Shown here piece after piece: positions 1 to 10,167 of a stretch of DNA of 64,000 nt. A model generated the notes under the pieces. It was given only the letters and a program-made list of their open reading frames with translations, was not told the origin of the DNA and did not search any database. Numbering within the stretch: the stretch's first letter is position 1; each line of letters starts with the position of its first letter. The stretch comes from Cyanidioschyzon merolae. Taxonomy: Eukaryota. The stretch lies in NCBI GenBank assembly GCA_000091205.1, contig AP006489.2. The stretch is one strand, 5' to 3'. Made by a program: the position numbers and the translations under genes.

Positions 1-700
1 GGAGTATACAAAGCCGGGTGGGCTCTTCTGCGAATGAACTTGTATTGCCGGAAGCAGCGCGCATTCGCGAACTTTTTCAATGAGTTGAGCGCCCTGAAAG
101 AGGATGAAAGTCAGAGGCTTGTAATAGCGTACGGAGCAGGGCGCTGGATGACCCAAAAAGGTACTACACCAGCTCCAACGACAAGAACGTACAAAGAGTG
201 TGCACGGCGTTTTGTCACAGTACCTGTAGATGAGTTCCGAATATCGTATACACACCATGAACTGGGACGTACACTTCAAAGGGTCGAGATGGAAAAGTGC
301 CAGGGGAGTCCTGAAGACATAGCAAAGTACGGACCGCTGCCGGAGGTGCAAATGGAGAGGAGGACAAAAGTGCGAGGGCTACTCGCATTCGTAAGTACAA
401 CCAACGACGGCAAGAAACGTATGGAGTTTGTGAACCGAGACTTTAACGCCGGCATCAATATCAGGAGATGCGCGGTGATGGAGAAAAGGCCTCCACAGTA
501 GACAAGAGAGAATTTTAAAGGACAACTGCTCAAAGTGGAACTATATGAGAAACAATTGGAACCAGTCGTAAGTGGCCGATCCAAGAAGACGGGGAGGCGT
601 CTGCACGTCAGTTCGAGACTGCTTGTCTAGGGCGGGTTTATCGCCACCACTGTGCACCGCTGGCGGCGGTCGACTTTTGGAAGGTATTCGCTAGAGGTGC
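1..700 (+). mobile_element. TnpB/Fanzor-like element, copy A (3' portion; truncated by window start)
   Basis: ORF 34-501 is ~85% aa-identical to ORF 55723-56451. C-terminal motif KRMEFVNRDFNAGINIRRC matches the TnpB/Fanzor RuvC-III consensus (RDxNAAxNI). Nucleotide homology to copy C continues past the TAG at 502-504, through an in-frame tail ending ...RRLHV..LV near 633, into ~60-100 bp of conserved non-coding sequence. Confidence 0.55.
34..501 (+). CDS. TnpB/Fanzor-like nuclease C-terminal domain ORF (copy A); premature TAG relative to copies B/C
   Basis: Homologous ORF; degenerate zinc-finger region (TRTYKECARRF, second Cys of the CxxC lost) followed by the RuvC-III-like NRDFNAGINI. The stop at 502 replaces GAA TGG of copy C. 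Confidence 0.5.
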   Translation: MNLYCRKQRAFANFFNELSALKEDESQRLVIAYGAGRWMTQKGTTPAPTTRTYKECARRFVTVPVDEFRISYTHHELGRTLQRVEMEKCQGSPEDIAKYGPLPEVQMERRTKVRGLLAFVSTTNDGKKRMEFVNRDFNAGINIRRCAVMEKRPPQ

Positions 701-802
701 TGTTTATAGGGATCAAGTCTCTGAAGCGAGATGCTTTCACGACCTCTGCCGCTCCAGACGAGAGAAAAACAACGATAACTTCGGGGCCGGAGAAGTGTTG
801 AC

Positions 803-3157
803 ATGAAGGCGCTGCACGTGGCGGAGAAGCCTTCAGTTGCACGTCAAGCCGCAGCTGTGCTTGGACATGGTCGCGCGGAGCGAAAATGCAGCTGTTCTCC
901 ATATCACCCCAACTGGTTCTGGTCTGGTGTGTTCGAGTTCAGCGCCAAAGACGGGACGCGCTTCGTGGTCGACGAGCAGGTCTTTACATCTGTGAGCGGT
1001 CACGTCGAGGAGCTAGACTTCGTCACACCTTATCACAAGTGGAGTGCCTGCGAACCAGTGGACATATTTCGGCGGGACCTGGTGCAAACTCGCCGCTTTG
1101 TGCCGGAGAGGAACGCAAAGGTGGCGCAGAATCTGGGGCAACTGGCCCGTACGTGCCAGTACCTTGTGCTCTGGCTTGATGGCGACTCTGAAGGCGAGGC
1201 CATATCAGATGAGGTGCAGCGAATTTGTAAGCTGCCTCCTAGCATGGTGTTCCGTGCCCGTTTTTCGGCAGTAACGCCCAGGGACCTTTTCCGAGCCTGC
1301 GCTACGCTTGACCGGGTGAATGCGAAAGTTGTCGAGGCCGTATGGATTCGTCAGGAAATCGACTTGCGTGCTGGGGCCGCATTCACCAGGTGGCTAACGC
1401 GGCACATACAGCGCCATTACCCACAAGCGCTCATTTGCACATCTGCAATTGTCGCCTCGCGGCGTAAGGGTGCCTCTGGAACTTCCAACTTAGGGCGGAA
1501 CGAACGCCTGCAGGGGAGCGGTGTTTCTTCTGCTGACGCTGCTGTGGTGAGCTACGGACCCTGTCAGTTTCCGACACTCGGCCTTGTCGTGGATCGCTAC
1601 CGCGAGCGGCGCGAATTTCAAACGAAGCCCTTCTGGACGATTCGCATGCGTATTCAGACGACTGGCGATCGAGCCAGCGGGAATCAAGTCGAGCTTTGCT
1701 GGGACCGGGCACGCATCTTCGACCGCTTTATTGCATATGTCCTTTTTCAGAGGCTCCACGATGCGGTACGGTTGCCAGGCGCCTTACGCATGATCGCTTG
1801 TGAGAAGCAACCAGCTCACCGAAGTAGACCGTTGCCGTTATCGACGGTAGAGCTCCAGAAAGAAGCCTCCAGAAAACTCAAGCTATCTTCAGCGCAGACT
1901 ATGGAAATAGCCGAGCAACTCTATCAACAGGGCTATATATCTTACCCCCGAACGGAGACGGATCGATTCCCAACAGACGATCGTGGTATATCGAACCTCA
2001 AAGCACTCATTACCCTGCAATCTGAAGACCAGAGATGGTCATTGCTAGCAAAGCGGCTGCTCGAAACCGACGACGTATCACGTGGTGGGTTCAAAGCACC
2101 GCGCGCGGGCAGCCATGATGACCACGCGCATCCGCCTATTCATCCTACCAGCGCTGCACCGCCCGGCACCCTGAGCGGCGATGCCGCCCGACTCTATGAG
2201 TATATCGCTCGCAGATTCCTGGCTTCATGCTCTGCGGATGCCAGTGGCGAACGCACCATCTGGCGTTTCGCCGTCTTTTCGGGTGCATCGGAGGCGCGTA
2301 CTGAAGCACCACAGGAGACGTGCATGTTTCCCGCGAACACGGTCTTAGAGACATTCACGAGCAAGGGTCTTCGTATCACGAATCTGGGCTATTTGGAAGT
2401 TTTTTCTCCATATGAGAAGTGGTTGGAAAGCACTTTGCCAGGCGATTTGGAATGCGGTGCTGCGGCTCCAGAGCATTTTTGGCTGACGGAGCTGCGTCTT
2501 GAGGAATCGATAACAGAGCCCCCCGCGCTGCTCTCTGAGGCGGATCTCATCGCTGCTATGGATCGCCACGGCATCGGCACCGACGCGACGATTGCAGAGC
2601 ACATTAAGAAAATCCAGGAACGTCATTATGTGGTGAAACAAATCATAGCGGAGGAGCGGCGCCGCCAGTCTCATCGAGCCGGAACACAGGTGCACGATGC
2701 CGCCGCGAACAGCAGCGACGAGTGCGATGCCTCACAAGTGACGTCTCGGGCACACTCTGCGACGAGAACGCGGGAACGTTGTGGGCTCGTCTCAAGGAGC
2801 AGCGTACAGCGTTTCGTGCCTATGAAACTGGGCCAAGCTCTCGTCGAAGCATTTGAAAGCTGTCACGTGCATTTAGCGCGCCCCAACCTTCGTGCTGAGC
2901 AGGAAAGGCGCCAAAAACTTGTCGCCAAAGGAGAAGCCTCTGGGTCAGAGGCACTGGATGAACTCCTAACGTCTTTTGCGGAAGCGTTCCGACGCCTCGT
3001 GCTCGAACGCAGCAAGTTTGATGCGACGTTCTGCAAGTTCTTTCCGAAAGCAGAGCCTCCTTCGCTTTTGCGTGCTCCTGCCGCTCTAGAACTCACTCAG
3101 AGCAGCGTAAGACGTTCTTGTGTTGTGCCCACGGACGAATCGAATGCGAACGAATAA
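803..3157 (+). CDS. TOP3: DNA topoisomerase III (type IA)
   Basis: 784-aa ORF, ATG at 803. N-terminal TOPRIM-like MKALHVAEKPSVARQAA..GH, then the type-IA active-site motif QQGYISYPRTETDRF. Confidence 0.85.
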   Translation: MKALHVAEKPSVARQAAAVLGHGRAERKCSCSPYHPNWFWSGVFEFSAKDGTRFVVDEQVFTSVSGHVEELDFVTPYHKWSACEPVDIFRRDLVQTRRFVPERNAKVAQNLGQLARTCQYLVLWLDGDSEGEAISDEVQRICKLPPSMVFRARFSAVTPRDLFRACATLDRVNAKVVEAVWIRQEIDLRAGAAFTRWLTRHIQRHYPQALICTSAIVASRRKGASGTSNLGRNERLQGSGVSSADAAVVSYGPCQFPTLGLVVDRYRERREFQTKPFWTIRMRIQTTGDRASGNQVELCWDRARIFDRFIAYVLFQRLHDAVRLPGALRMIACEKQPAHRSRPLPLSTVELQKEASRKLKLSSAQTMEIAEQLYQQGYISYPRTETDRFPTDDRGISNLKALITLQSEDQRWSLLAKRLLETDDVSRGGFKAPRAGSHDDHAHPPIHPTSAAPPGTLSGDAARLYEYIARRFLASCSADASGERTIWRFAVFSGASEARTEAPQETCMFPANTVLETFTSKGLRITNLGYLEVFSPYEKWLESTLPGDLECGAAAPEHFWLTELRLEESITEPPALLSEADLIAAMDRHGIGTDATIAEHIKKIQERHYVVKQIIAEERRRQSHRAGTQVHDAAANSSDECDASQVTSRAHSATRTRERCGLVSRSSVQRFVPMKLGQALVEAFESCHVHLARPNLRAEQERRQKLVAKGEASGSEALDELLTSFAEAFRRLVLERSKFDATFCKFFPKAEPPSLLRAPAALELTQSSVRRSCVVPTDESNANE

Positions 3158-3908
3158 GACATATTTGAGCGCAACATGATGCACAGGCATCGCTGGATTC
3201 AACAGTACCGCGACTCTGGTTCCTGTGGGCATGTGTCGCTCAGGTTGGTGCCGCCCATGCGAACGATCTGCTGAGACACTTCAGCACTGATTCTCACTCT
3301 TGCATCCATCGCTCGCTGCAGCGTCGCCTTTTGCGAAGCTTCAAGTCGCCCAAGGCGACGCATTCTGAGCAATGCTTCCGAGTCGTTTTCGGCATCTGCG
3401 CTAATCATACTTGCGACGGTCTTTACGAAGGCTGTAAAGGTCATATACCGCAGCTAAAACATGATCTCTGGAGTTTCGGTCATGTACTCGAAGGGAACAA
3501 TTTAATGCCGGCCCCGCGAGGGATTCACTGCGACGTACGAGGATTCTATCGTGCTCTCAACTGAAAAAATCTTTCGAATGTGAGAAATCGCATCCTCCGT
3601 TCTCACAAAAGCACCAGCGATATTCATGTCGAGCCAGAGTATCACTGTTCCAGGCTTGATCGCAAGAGAGAGGCGTAGTTGGGTACCAGTCAGGTCAGTT
3701 CAACGCCAACCGATGCCGTCGTAGCCTTCCAACGTCACCTCCACTTCTCAAGAACTTCAGAGAAAACTCTCATTCATAACCGACTCAGAACGGGATGCCC
3801 GAAATGCGACGACGCAAGTGTCTCCGTCGACACACGCACTCGATGACAGCTGCCTTAAGTTTCGAGGACCGGCGTTCGCAGTCCCACCGCGATGCGCCCA
3901 GCGACTCC

Positions 3909-4376
3909 TTACTCCTGTATGGTAACCTCAACTTCCACACCGGGCTCGATAGAAACAGCAGTAATACTTTTCACTACGTCAGTGGGCGCTTCAAGGTCAA
4001 TAATACGTTTGTGAATGCGCATCTCGAAACGATCCCAGGTGTTGGTTCCCTCTCCACACGGTGACTTGCGCGTCGTGATGCGCAGACGACGTGTCGGCAG
4101 CGGCACTGGACCTTTTACTCGCATGAGCCGCCCCTTCTCAGACGACGCACCTGATGACGCTCCCAGCAGCGCGCCATCGACTCGCATCTGCGAGCGTTCC
4201 GCGCGAGAAACTGCTCCCTTGCTTTTCGCGCCCTGAACAAGATCAAAACAGACCTTTTCCAGCGCTCGCACGTTTCTCGAAGCTAAGGTGATCCGTATTT
4301 TATGAAAAGGCTCCGATGAAGTCTCATAGCCAGGCTTCTTTGCCGGTCCAAACCCCACTCCAGGAGTCGCCATGGT
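3909..4376 (-). CDS. RPS20: 40S ribosomal protein S20 (uS10)
   Basis: [87 protein letters not shown] closely matches eukaryotic RPS20. Start placed at the internal ATG (MATPGVGF...). Contains an in-frame 93-nt GT..AG segment at 4119-4211. Confidence 0.8.
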   Translation of the reverse strand, partial: TMATPGVGFGPAKKPGYETSSEPFHKIRITLASRNVRALEKVCFDLVQGAKSKGAVSRAERSQMRVDGALLGASSGASSEKGRLMRVKGPVPLPTRRLRITTRKSPCGEGTNTWDRFEMRIHKRIIDLEAPTDVVKSITAVSIEPGVEVEVTIQE

Positions 4377-5146
4377 TTCCGAAACAACGTTTGTGTCCGC
4401 GCAGCCTAGTCGCCAGCACAGGTTGCAATGCACATTTCTCTACGTACCTGCGGCAGGTGGCGCTCGGACGACGGCGGGACGAGGCGGCGAGAATAGAGAC
4501 AAAGATGTCATCGCGATCTGCGTGGACATGAGCCGGCCCGCTCGCACTGGAGCAGTGAACTCTGCGGCAGCACTGGTGATGCCCACGAGGACGACCTGCC
4601 GGTGAAACGAACGATGTGAATGGCAGTACGCTGAATGCCTGCCAAACACATGGACGGCTTCGTGCGTATGTAAGCGCATATGCTGAGCAAACGTCGCTTC
4701 CTGTCCGGATATCGTCTTTTCGGACCCGTTTGAACATCCGGCTGTTCGGTGGACACAGGTTGCGGCGCGCTGTACCGCCGCTCAGACAGCCACGAACATC
4801 GCATCGTGCGTCATTGCAACGCTCGGGAGCAGCGTATCATAGCCGGTGCAGCACATGAGAGGATTCCCGCTCGATAATACCGCGCTTCGATACAGGAGCG
4901 CCTGCATCCGAACGCCAATCGATTCGGGGACGCTGCATTCACCGGCTTTGCCAGCATAGCAAAATGCTGTAATTCGCGAACATCCCCTACAGCGCCCGCT
5001 CTTACAACGCTTTTAGAGATTGCCACGCTGACGACATCGCCGGACAATGACGAACCTCGTTCAACGCGCCTGCCAGCATGGGGCGGCGGCGAGCGCGCAC
5101 GCCCCAACACGTTTCGCTAAGGGGGGGGTGCCTTAGGCAGGTCTTC

Positions 5147-5186
5147 GAGCGGCGGCGGCGGCGGCGGCGGCGGCGGCACACGTCTA
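5147..5186. repeat. (GGC)n microsatellite
   Basis: cggcggcggcggcggcggcggcggcggc read directly from the sequence. Confidence 0.9.
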
Positions 5187-5666
5187 TATCCATGGTGCGG
5201 TGCATCGCGGATAGCTGAGCTTCAACTGCAGACTTTCGGTGCCATGTTCGTGTACGCAGTACCGAGGAGCAAGCGGCGAGCTGCTGATGATATCAATTGC
5301 CTGGGGAGCACAAGCTCTAGGCTTTGGAGACTCAATGCTGGTGTCGAGGGAGTACCGGAATGGCGAGTTTCTCGCTTTGCGCAGCATACCCGCCCACGCA
5401 CGACGCTTCTTTGGTCGCATTCATGTGAACGACAAAGTCAGCGTTTGAAGCCCGTCACGAAACTTTCACTGGAGGGTGCTAAAGCGACGTGCAATTTGCA
5501 AATAAATGAGGCGAAAACGCGGCAAAAGAAGCAGCATTTGGGTGCTTTCGCGGGGAGGCTGAGCTCCAGCCTCGCCGTTATCATCCGTTTGTGGAAGGTA
5601 TTGCGACGGACTGTTGGCCTCGAGCGTTGTTGCGCGGCGCTTCGTCTTAGCGGGGTGTCTCTTTCC

Positions 5667-6407
5667 ATGGCGTGCGCAGCGGCGCCGCAAGGTGCTCTGA
5701 TAGGATCAGTCGTAGCAGCTGCACGGACGGTACCAATTCTAGGGCCTGCGTTTGAGGCGTTTGCCCTCGTGTTTTTCAGTGAGTTTGGTGATAAATCCAT
5801 GTTTAGTACTGCGTTGCTATCGATGCGGTATGGAACACGTTCTATGCAAATGGTTGTCCTATTGGGCTCAATGGCGGCGCTGACGACAATGACGTTCATT
5901 TCCTGCTTTCTCGGCAGATTGATGTCGTTTCTGCCGGCGCGGATTACGCTCATACTCTCTGTACTGTTGCTAGCTATTTTTGGTGTTCGCTTCCTGCAAC
6001 AAGCAATTGTAGCATGGCGAAGAGATCGAATACGCAGTGCTACAGCAAAACCAGGCGAAGACGAGGGCGATGAGGAGGCAGCAGCTGCCCGGGATCTCGA
6101 GCGCTACAGGATTTCCGTCGATGATACAGCACCTGCTGTTTTCGCGAAAAGTTTTACGATCATCGCCTTATCTGAATGGTGCGACCGAAGCATGTTCGCT
6201 ACGATGGCGTTGGCGGCCAGCACGAACGCGTATGCAGTGATTATTGGAGCCAGCTTGGCGAATTTCGTCTGCACTGGCATGGCCGTAGCTGGTGGCTCAC
6301 TCTTTCACAAACTACCGGAACGCATCGTCAACTTGGCTGCAGGCGTCCTGTTCCTAGCGACAGCCGCGTATACGTGGCTCTTTGAGTTGCCAGAAGCGGA
6401 TTCGTAA
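5667..6407 (+). CDS. GDT1/TMEM165 (UPF0016) family cation transporter
   Basis: Two E-x-G-D-(K/R)-(S/T) motifs (FSEFGDKSMF and LSEWCDRSMF) separated by an acidic loop, in a multi-TM hydrophobic protein. The ORF is open from 5244; the start is placed at ATG 5667, which gives ~247 aa, typical for the family. Confidence 0.7.
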   Translation: MACAAAPQGALIGSVVAAARTVPILGPAFEAFALVFFSEFGDKSMFSTALLSMRYGTRSMQMVVLLGSMAALTTMTFISCFLGRLMSFLPARITLILSVLLLAIFGVRFLQQAIVAWRRDRIRSATAKPGEDEGDEEAAAARDLERYRISVDDTAPAVFAKSFTIIALSEWCDRSMFATMALAASTNAYAVIIGASLANFVCTGMAVAGGSLFHKLPERIVNLAAGVLFLATAAYTWLFELPEADS

Positions 6408-9400
6408 CGCGCAATCTAGACGGAGCATTGTCCTTGGCTGAGCGCTGCAGACGCGGATTTGCGCTGCCTTCGGACCACACTTCCTGGTGCACGCGGAATG
6501 TGCGTCGCAGATGCATCCGAACAGCGGTCGGTTCGACCTCGTTTTGGTACAGCTGACGCTGCACAAGCCATAGGCGACAGCCGCATGCAGCTGGAGCCTT
6601 ATTACTGTGTAGCATGCAATACGGGAACGAGCATGCTGGTGAAACATCGTCCTCTCAAGAAAAGCAACAACTCCCATGCAAGCGGAACTCCATAAAGCTA
6701 GGTATGGATAGACGCACATGGAAATGGACAGGAATCGCTTTTCGACTGTTGTGGCCGAGCTAACGCTATTATTCAGTCCAATGTGCGTGGCCTGCATACA
6801 AACTCGTTCAACCTGGAGTGACGCAACGAAGTAGGCTGTCATCCGAAACAGGATTTTGGATGTGGAAGCTGCGCGGATGAAAATACACGCCCCAGTGCGC
6901 CGAGAGCCCGTGGATGTACGGCGTCCTGAACGATGCCAGTTTTGCATATCACGGGCGCATTCTGGAATACAAGCGATTTCGTTCAGATGCTGTTGCGGTG
7001 TATTCGCAAATTATCTATCGGAGTTGTCGACCGCAGGATGACGACTTTAAGGCATTGCAATGTGTGCACCTTAGCCTAGCTCGAGCGCGGTTTTCGGTAT
7101 CACGTAGGGAACTGTACTTAGTAAAACCTTGAAACCCTTGTCGACAGAAAGTTTCCGTTCATTTTGTCGTAGTTGAACAGCTTGCACAGTAGCGGAGGCT
7201 CTCCACTGTGCCGCTCTACCAAGCACCGAAAGGGGCAGGTCGCGCGAAAAGGACACGAAGAGCGCCCGCCGCCCGCTATAGAGATAGCCCTGCCTGTTTC
7301 ATGCGAGCTTCATTTGTTAATACCCTACTATACTCGTACCATATTAAAATGAAAAACTGAACTGTTCGCTCCGCCCTTGCTTCAATTTTTCCGAACTTTT
7401 TTCCTTGTAAAGTCTCGATATCCAAAGTGCAGCATTTCGGATTTACGGATTCATGCTTCATTTTACGATTCTCTGTCGTTTTTACCAGGGTAGCTTCTTC
7501 GACTCTTTGATGCCGAAGTTCATGACGTCATCGTCACCAAGATGGTACGGAACGTCCTCGTATACGGGTTTCTAAGTTACCGACCTCATTATCCGGTTTA
7601 CAGACACAGGCCTCTACTCTTCATTTTCTTTACATGTAGCATGATGAAAAACACGCATACATCACGTTTTCGATCATTCTGTTGCATATGAACTCGTGGG
7701 CGCAGCTGTCTGTGCCGCTGAATTGATGAGGAAAAATCTCGACTCCATCCTTAGATACATTCTTCACATGCTCGTGCCGAAAGTTTATCGTCCTTGTCAG
7801 GCCATATCATCCATTCCGCTAGAAAGAAGAATACTCCTCTCTTTCAAGGCATCCGGGAAACCAGATTCTACAGCAGCAAGAAGTGTCGCATAGAATGTGC
7901 TCCCAGAGGCTCCCGCCTCCTCAGCTCGCATGGAAATTGGCCTCGGGCTCAGTATTTAGTCATCGCAGCGATCGTTTCCGGAGGAGTGTGTGCCACCGCT
8001 CTGCACGACGGGAGCATAGCCTTATGGAAATCACTCGATTTTTCCTCAAACCTTGATTTTCCTTTTGTACTTATTCTATCTTGTCCAACATTGCAGAACA
8101 CAGTTCTCGTTCTATCAGAGCAGCCTGCCCTTCTGCGCCCAGCTGACAGAGTACACGCCGAGGAAATCACCCAGAAGAATCACGTGATCTTGGAGTACTA
8201 CTCCGGGCCCCGAAACAGAGGTAGCATCGAGCGGAGCCGTCAGTACGCGTCAAGGGCATGAACCGAGCGAAGAAACATTCCTTCATGCGCCGCGTACCAG
8301 CGCTCAGAGAAGCAGGTATGGTAGACCTGTGCGGACACCTCACTGTACTCAAGTATCGCAGCTGCGAATGGCGCACCGAGGATACCTAAAAAAGAAGATG
8401 AAAATGTCGAGCGAAGCGTACATCGCAACTTGCGCCCGTGAATCTCATGCGTCTATAACGGCATAGAGGTGCGAAATCCGGAATTTAACGCTGCTAACAA
8501 TGCACCTCAATTATTGACAACGTAGAGGCATGGACAGGCGATGCCATCGTCTTCGAAACCAGAGATAAGCAAAAGGAGGGGAAAGCAGTCGCAAACCAGC
8601 GCACATAGGGTTCGTGTTGATGACAGTTTGAAGAGCCCCATACGTTAGTCTACACGCCCCTGCTGAATGATTCGTTCGAACCATTCTGACATTAGTGTGA
8701 ATTGTAGTACAAATGACTACAGCAAGGATCCTGGGGGCATAACAAGGCTGCTGGAACCAGGGAATCGACTTGCGCTGAACCGCAGTGAATGGAAACAATC
8801 AGAAAGCAGGAATCGGAAGTTAACGGTAATCGAAGCTCCAGTTCGATGGTCGATACGCGCACAGCTGCGCGGTGCGCCGTCGAGGCGCCTCAGGGCGTCG
8901 TTCGCGTCTCGCCACCAGCAGCGGCGGCGCATTGGACGACACACACGACGGCTGCGATGCTACCAGAGCGCAATCGACCAATTCGCGCTTCTAGCTCTTG
9001 CCTGTTTGGCTACGAGCCTGTTCACACCGAACTTTGTGTCTATATTGGTCGTCTTTTCTGAGCACGAGCCCGAGGAAAAAAAGGCATATTCTCATACTTT
9101 TAAGTAATGTTTGTTCAAACTTTTGGTGGAGCTGACTTTCTGCAGAGCGTAAAATCTGGGCGCTCCCGCCTGCAGACGTGCACTTCTCGCTGGCACTTAC
9201 GAATGCTGCGGCGGGGTCGTTTAACGTTTGCGATCCAGCTTCAAGAGCAGCAACCTGGGCGTGGGACAGATGCTGTTGAGTCAGAGGCAAAAGTGGCTTG
9301 GGGTGAAGTAGGCGCTGGCGAAGACGCAGACAACGGAGCTTCTCAGGCAACGGATGTCGACATGCCGATGCCATCGCGTCCGCGGCGCACGGGTGCGACC

Positions 9401-10167
9401 GTGGACGCGGACGGCAAAAGCAACGTTTGGGCTATTGAACCGCGCGTGTATACTGAGTCTAGCGGGGAGTCTGTGACAAAAAAGTATCTGGCCTTAGCGA
9501 TTGCCGGTTTTGTCGGCCTCGCAATAATTGTGCTTCGCTTTCTGCCACTTACAAACGCTGACCAGATGTAGTGAATGGGAATCTATCAGTCTGCTTATCG
9601 TTGATGGGCATGCAGAAGAAGGGCATCGCGCTCGGCTGTTGATGTTGGCTCACCTGGCAGCAGTTGTCGCTCGTCCAAGCCCGAAGAAAATGGAGGTAAA
9701 TGTCGCTGCAGCGTGACATCCACATGCAGTTTTCGTGCTGCTCGATTCTCTATCTATCGAGCAAGCGCTGTATGCTTAATTTTAAATGGACTTGCACCCG
9801 TGCTCACATGCATATCTTTGCGAATCTGGAGCTAGACGTGCAGGGCGTAAGTTCCTTTACTCGGATCCTGGGTCTGTCGGCACGATAACTGGCCCTGTTT
9901 ACGAATAAGGATCATGCTCTGTTTAATTGTTTGCCTGCATGCTGTCCTGCACACTGCACATAGAGAGCTAGCATCGAGGCTTAGCATCCCGGTGCAAACA
10001 GGAAGCTAGCTGAGGAACTGGTTCCACTTCAGCGTCCCGCATACGAACTTGCGATACTGGCCGCGAGCCGCCAACAAACAGCGCACCTTCCGTTCAGACA
10101 CCGGCATCTATTTGCCTGATCGGCCGCAATTCCGCCTGCAACCGAGGATCCTGTTCAACATGCGCTA

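Noticed and set aside
886-3096. Multiple 60-120-aa ORFs on both strands inside TOP3 (for example 886-1179 +, 2345-2695 -, 2863-3096 -)
   Set aside because: They are alternative-frame or antisense ORFs within a strongly supported 784-aa coding region, as expected by chance at this GC content.
6354-6947. 197-aa minus-strand ORF overlapping the 3' end of the GDT1-family gene
   Set aside because: It is Cys/Arg/Ser-rich low-complexity sequence antisense to a well-supported gene, with no domain similarity. It is probably a GC-driven spurious ORF.
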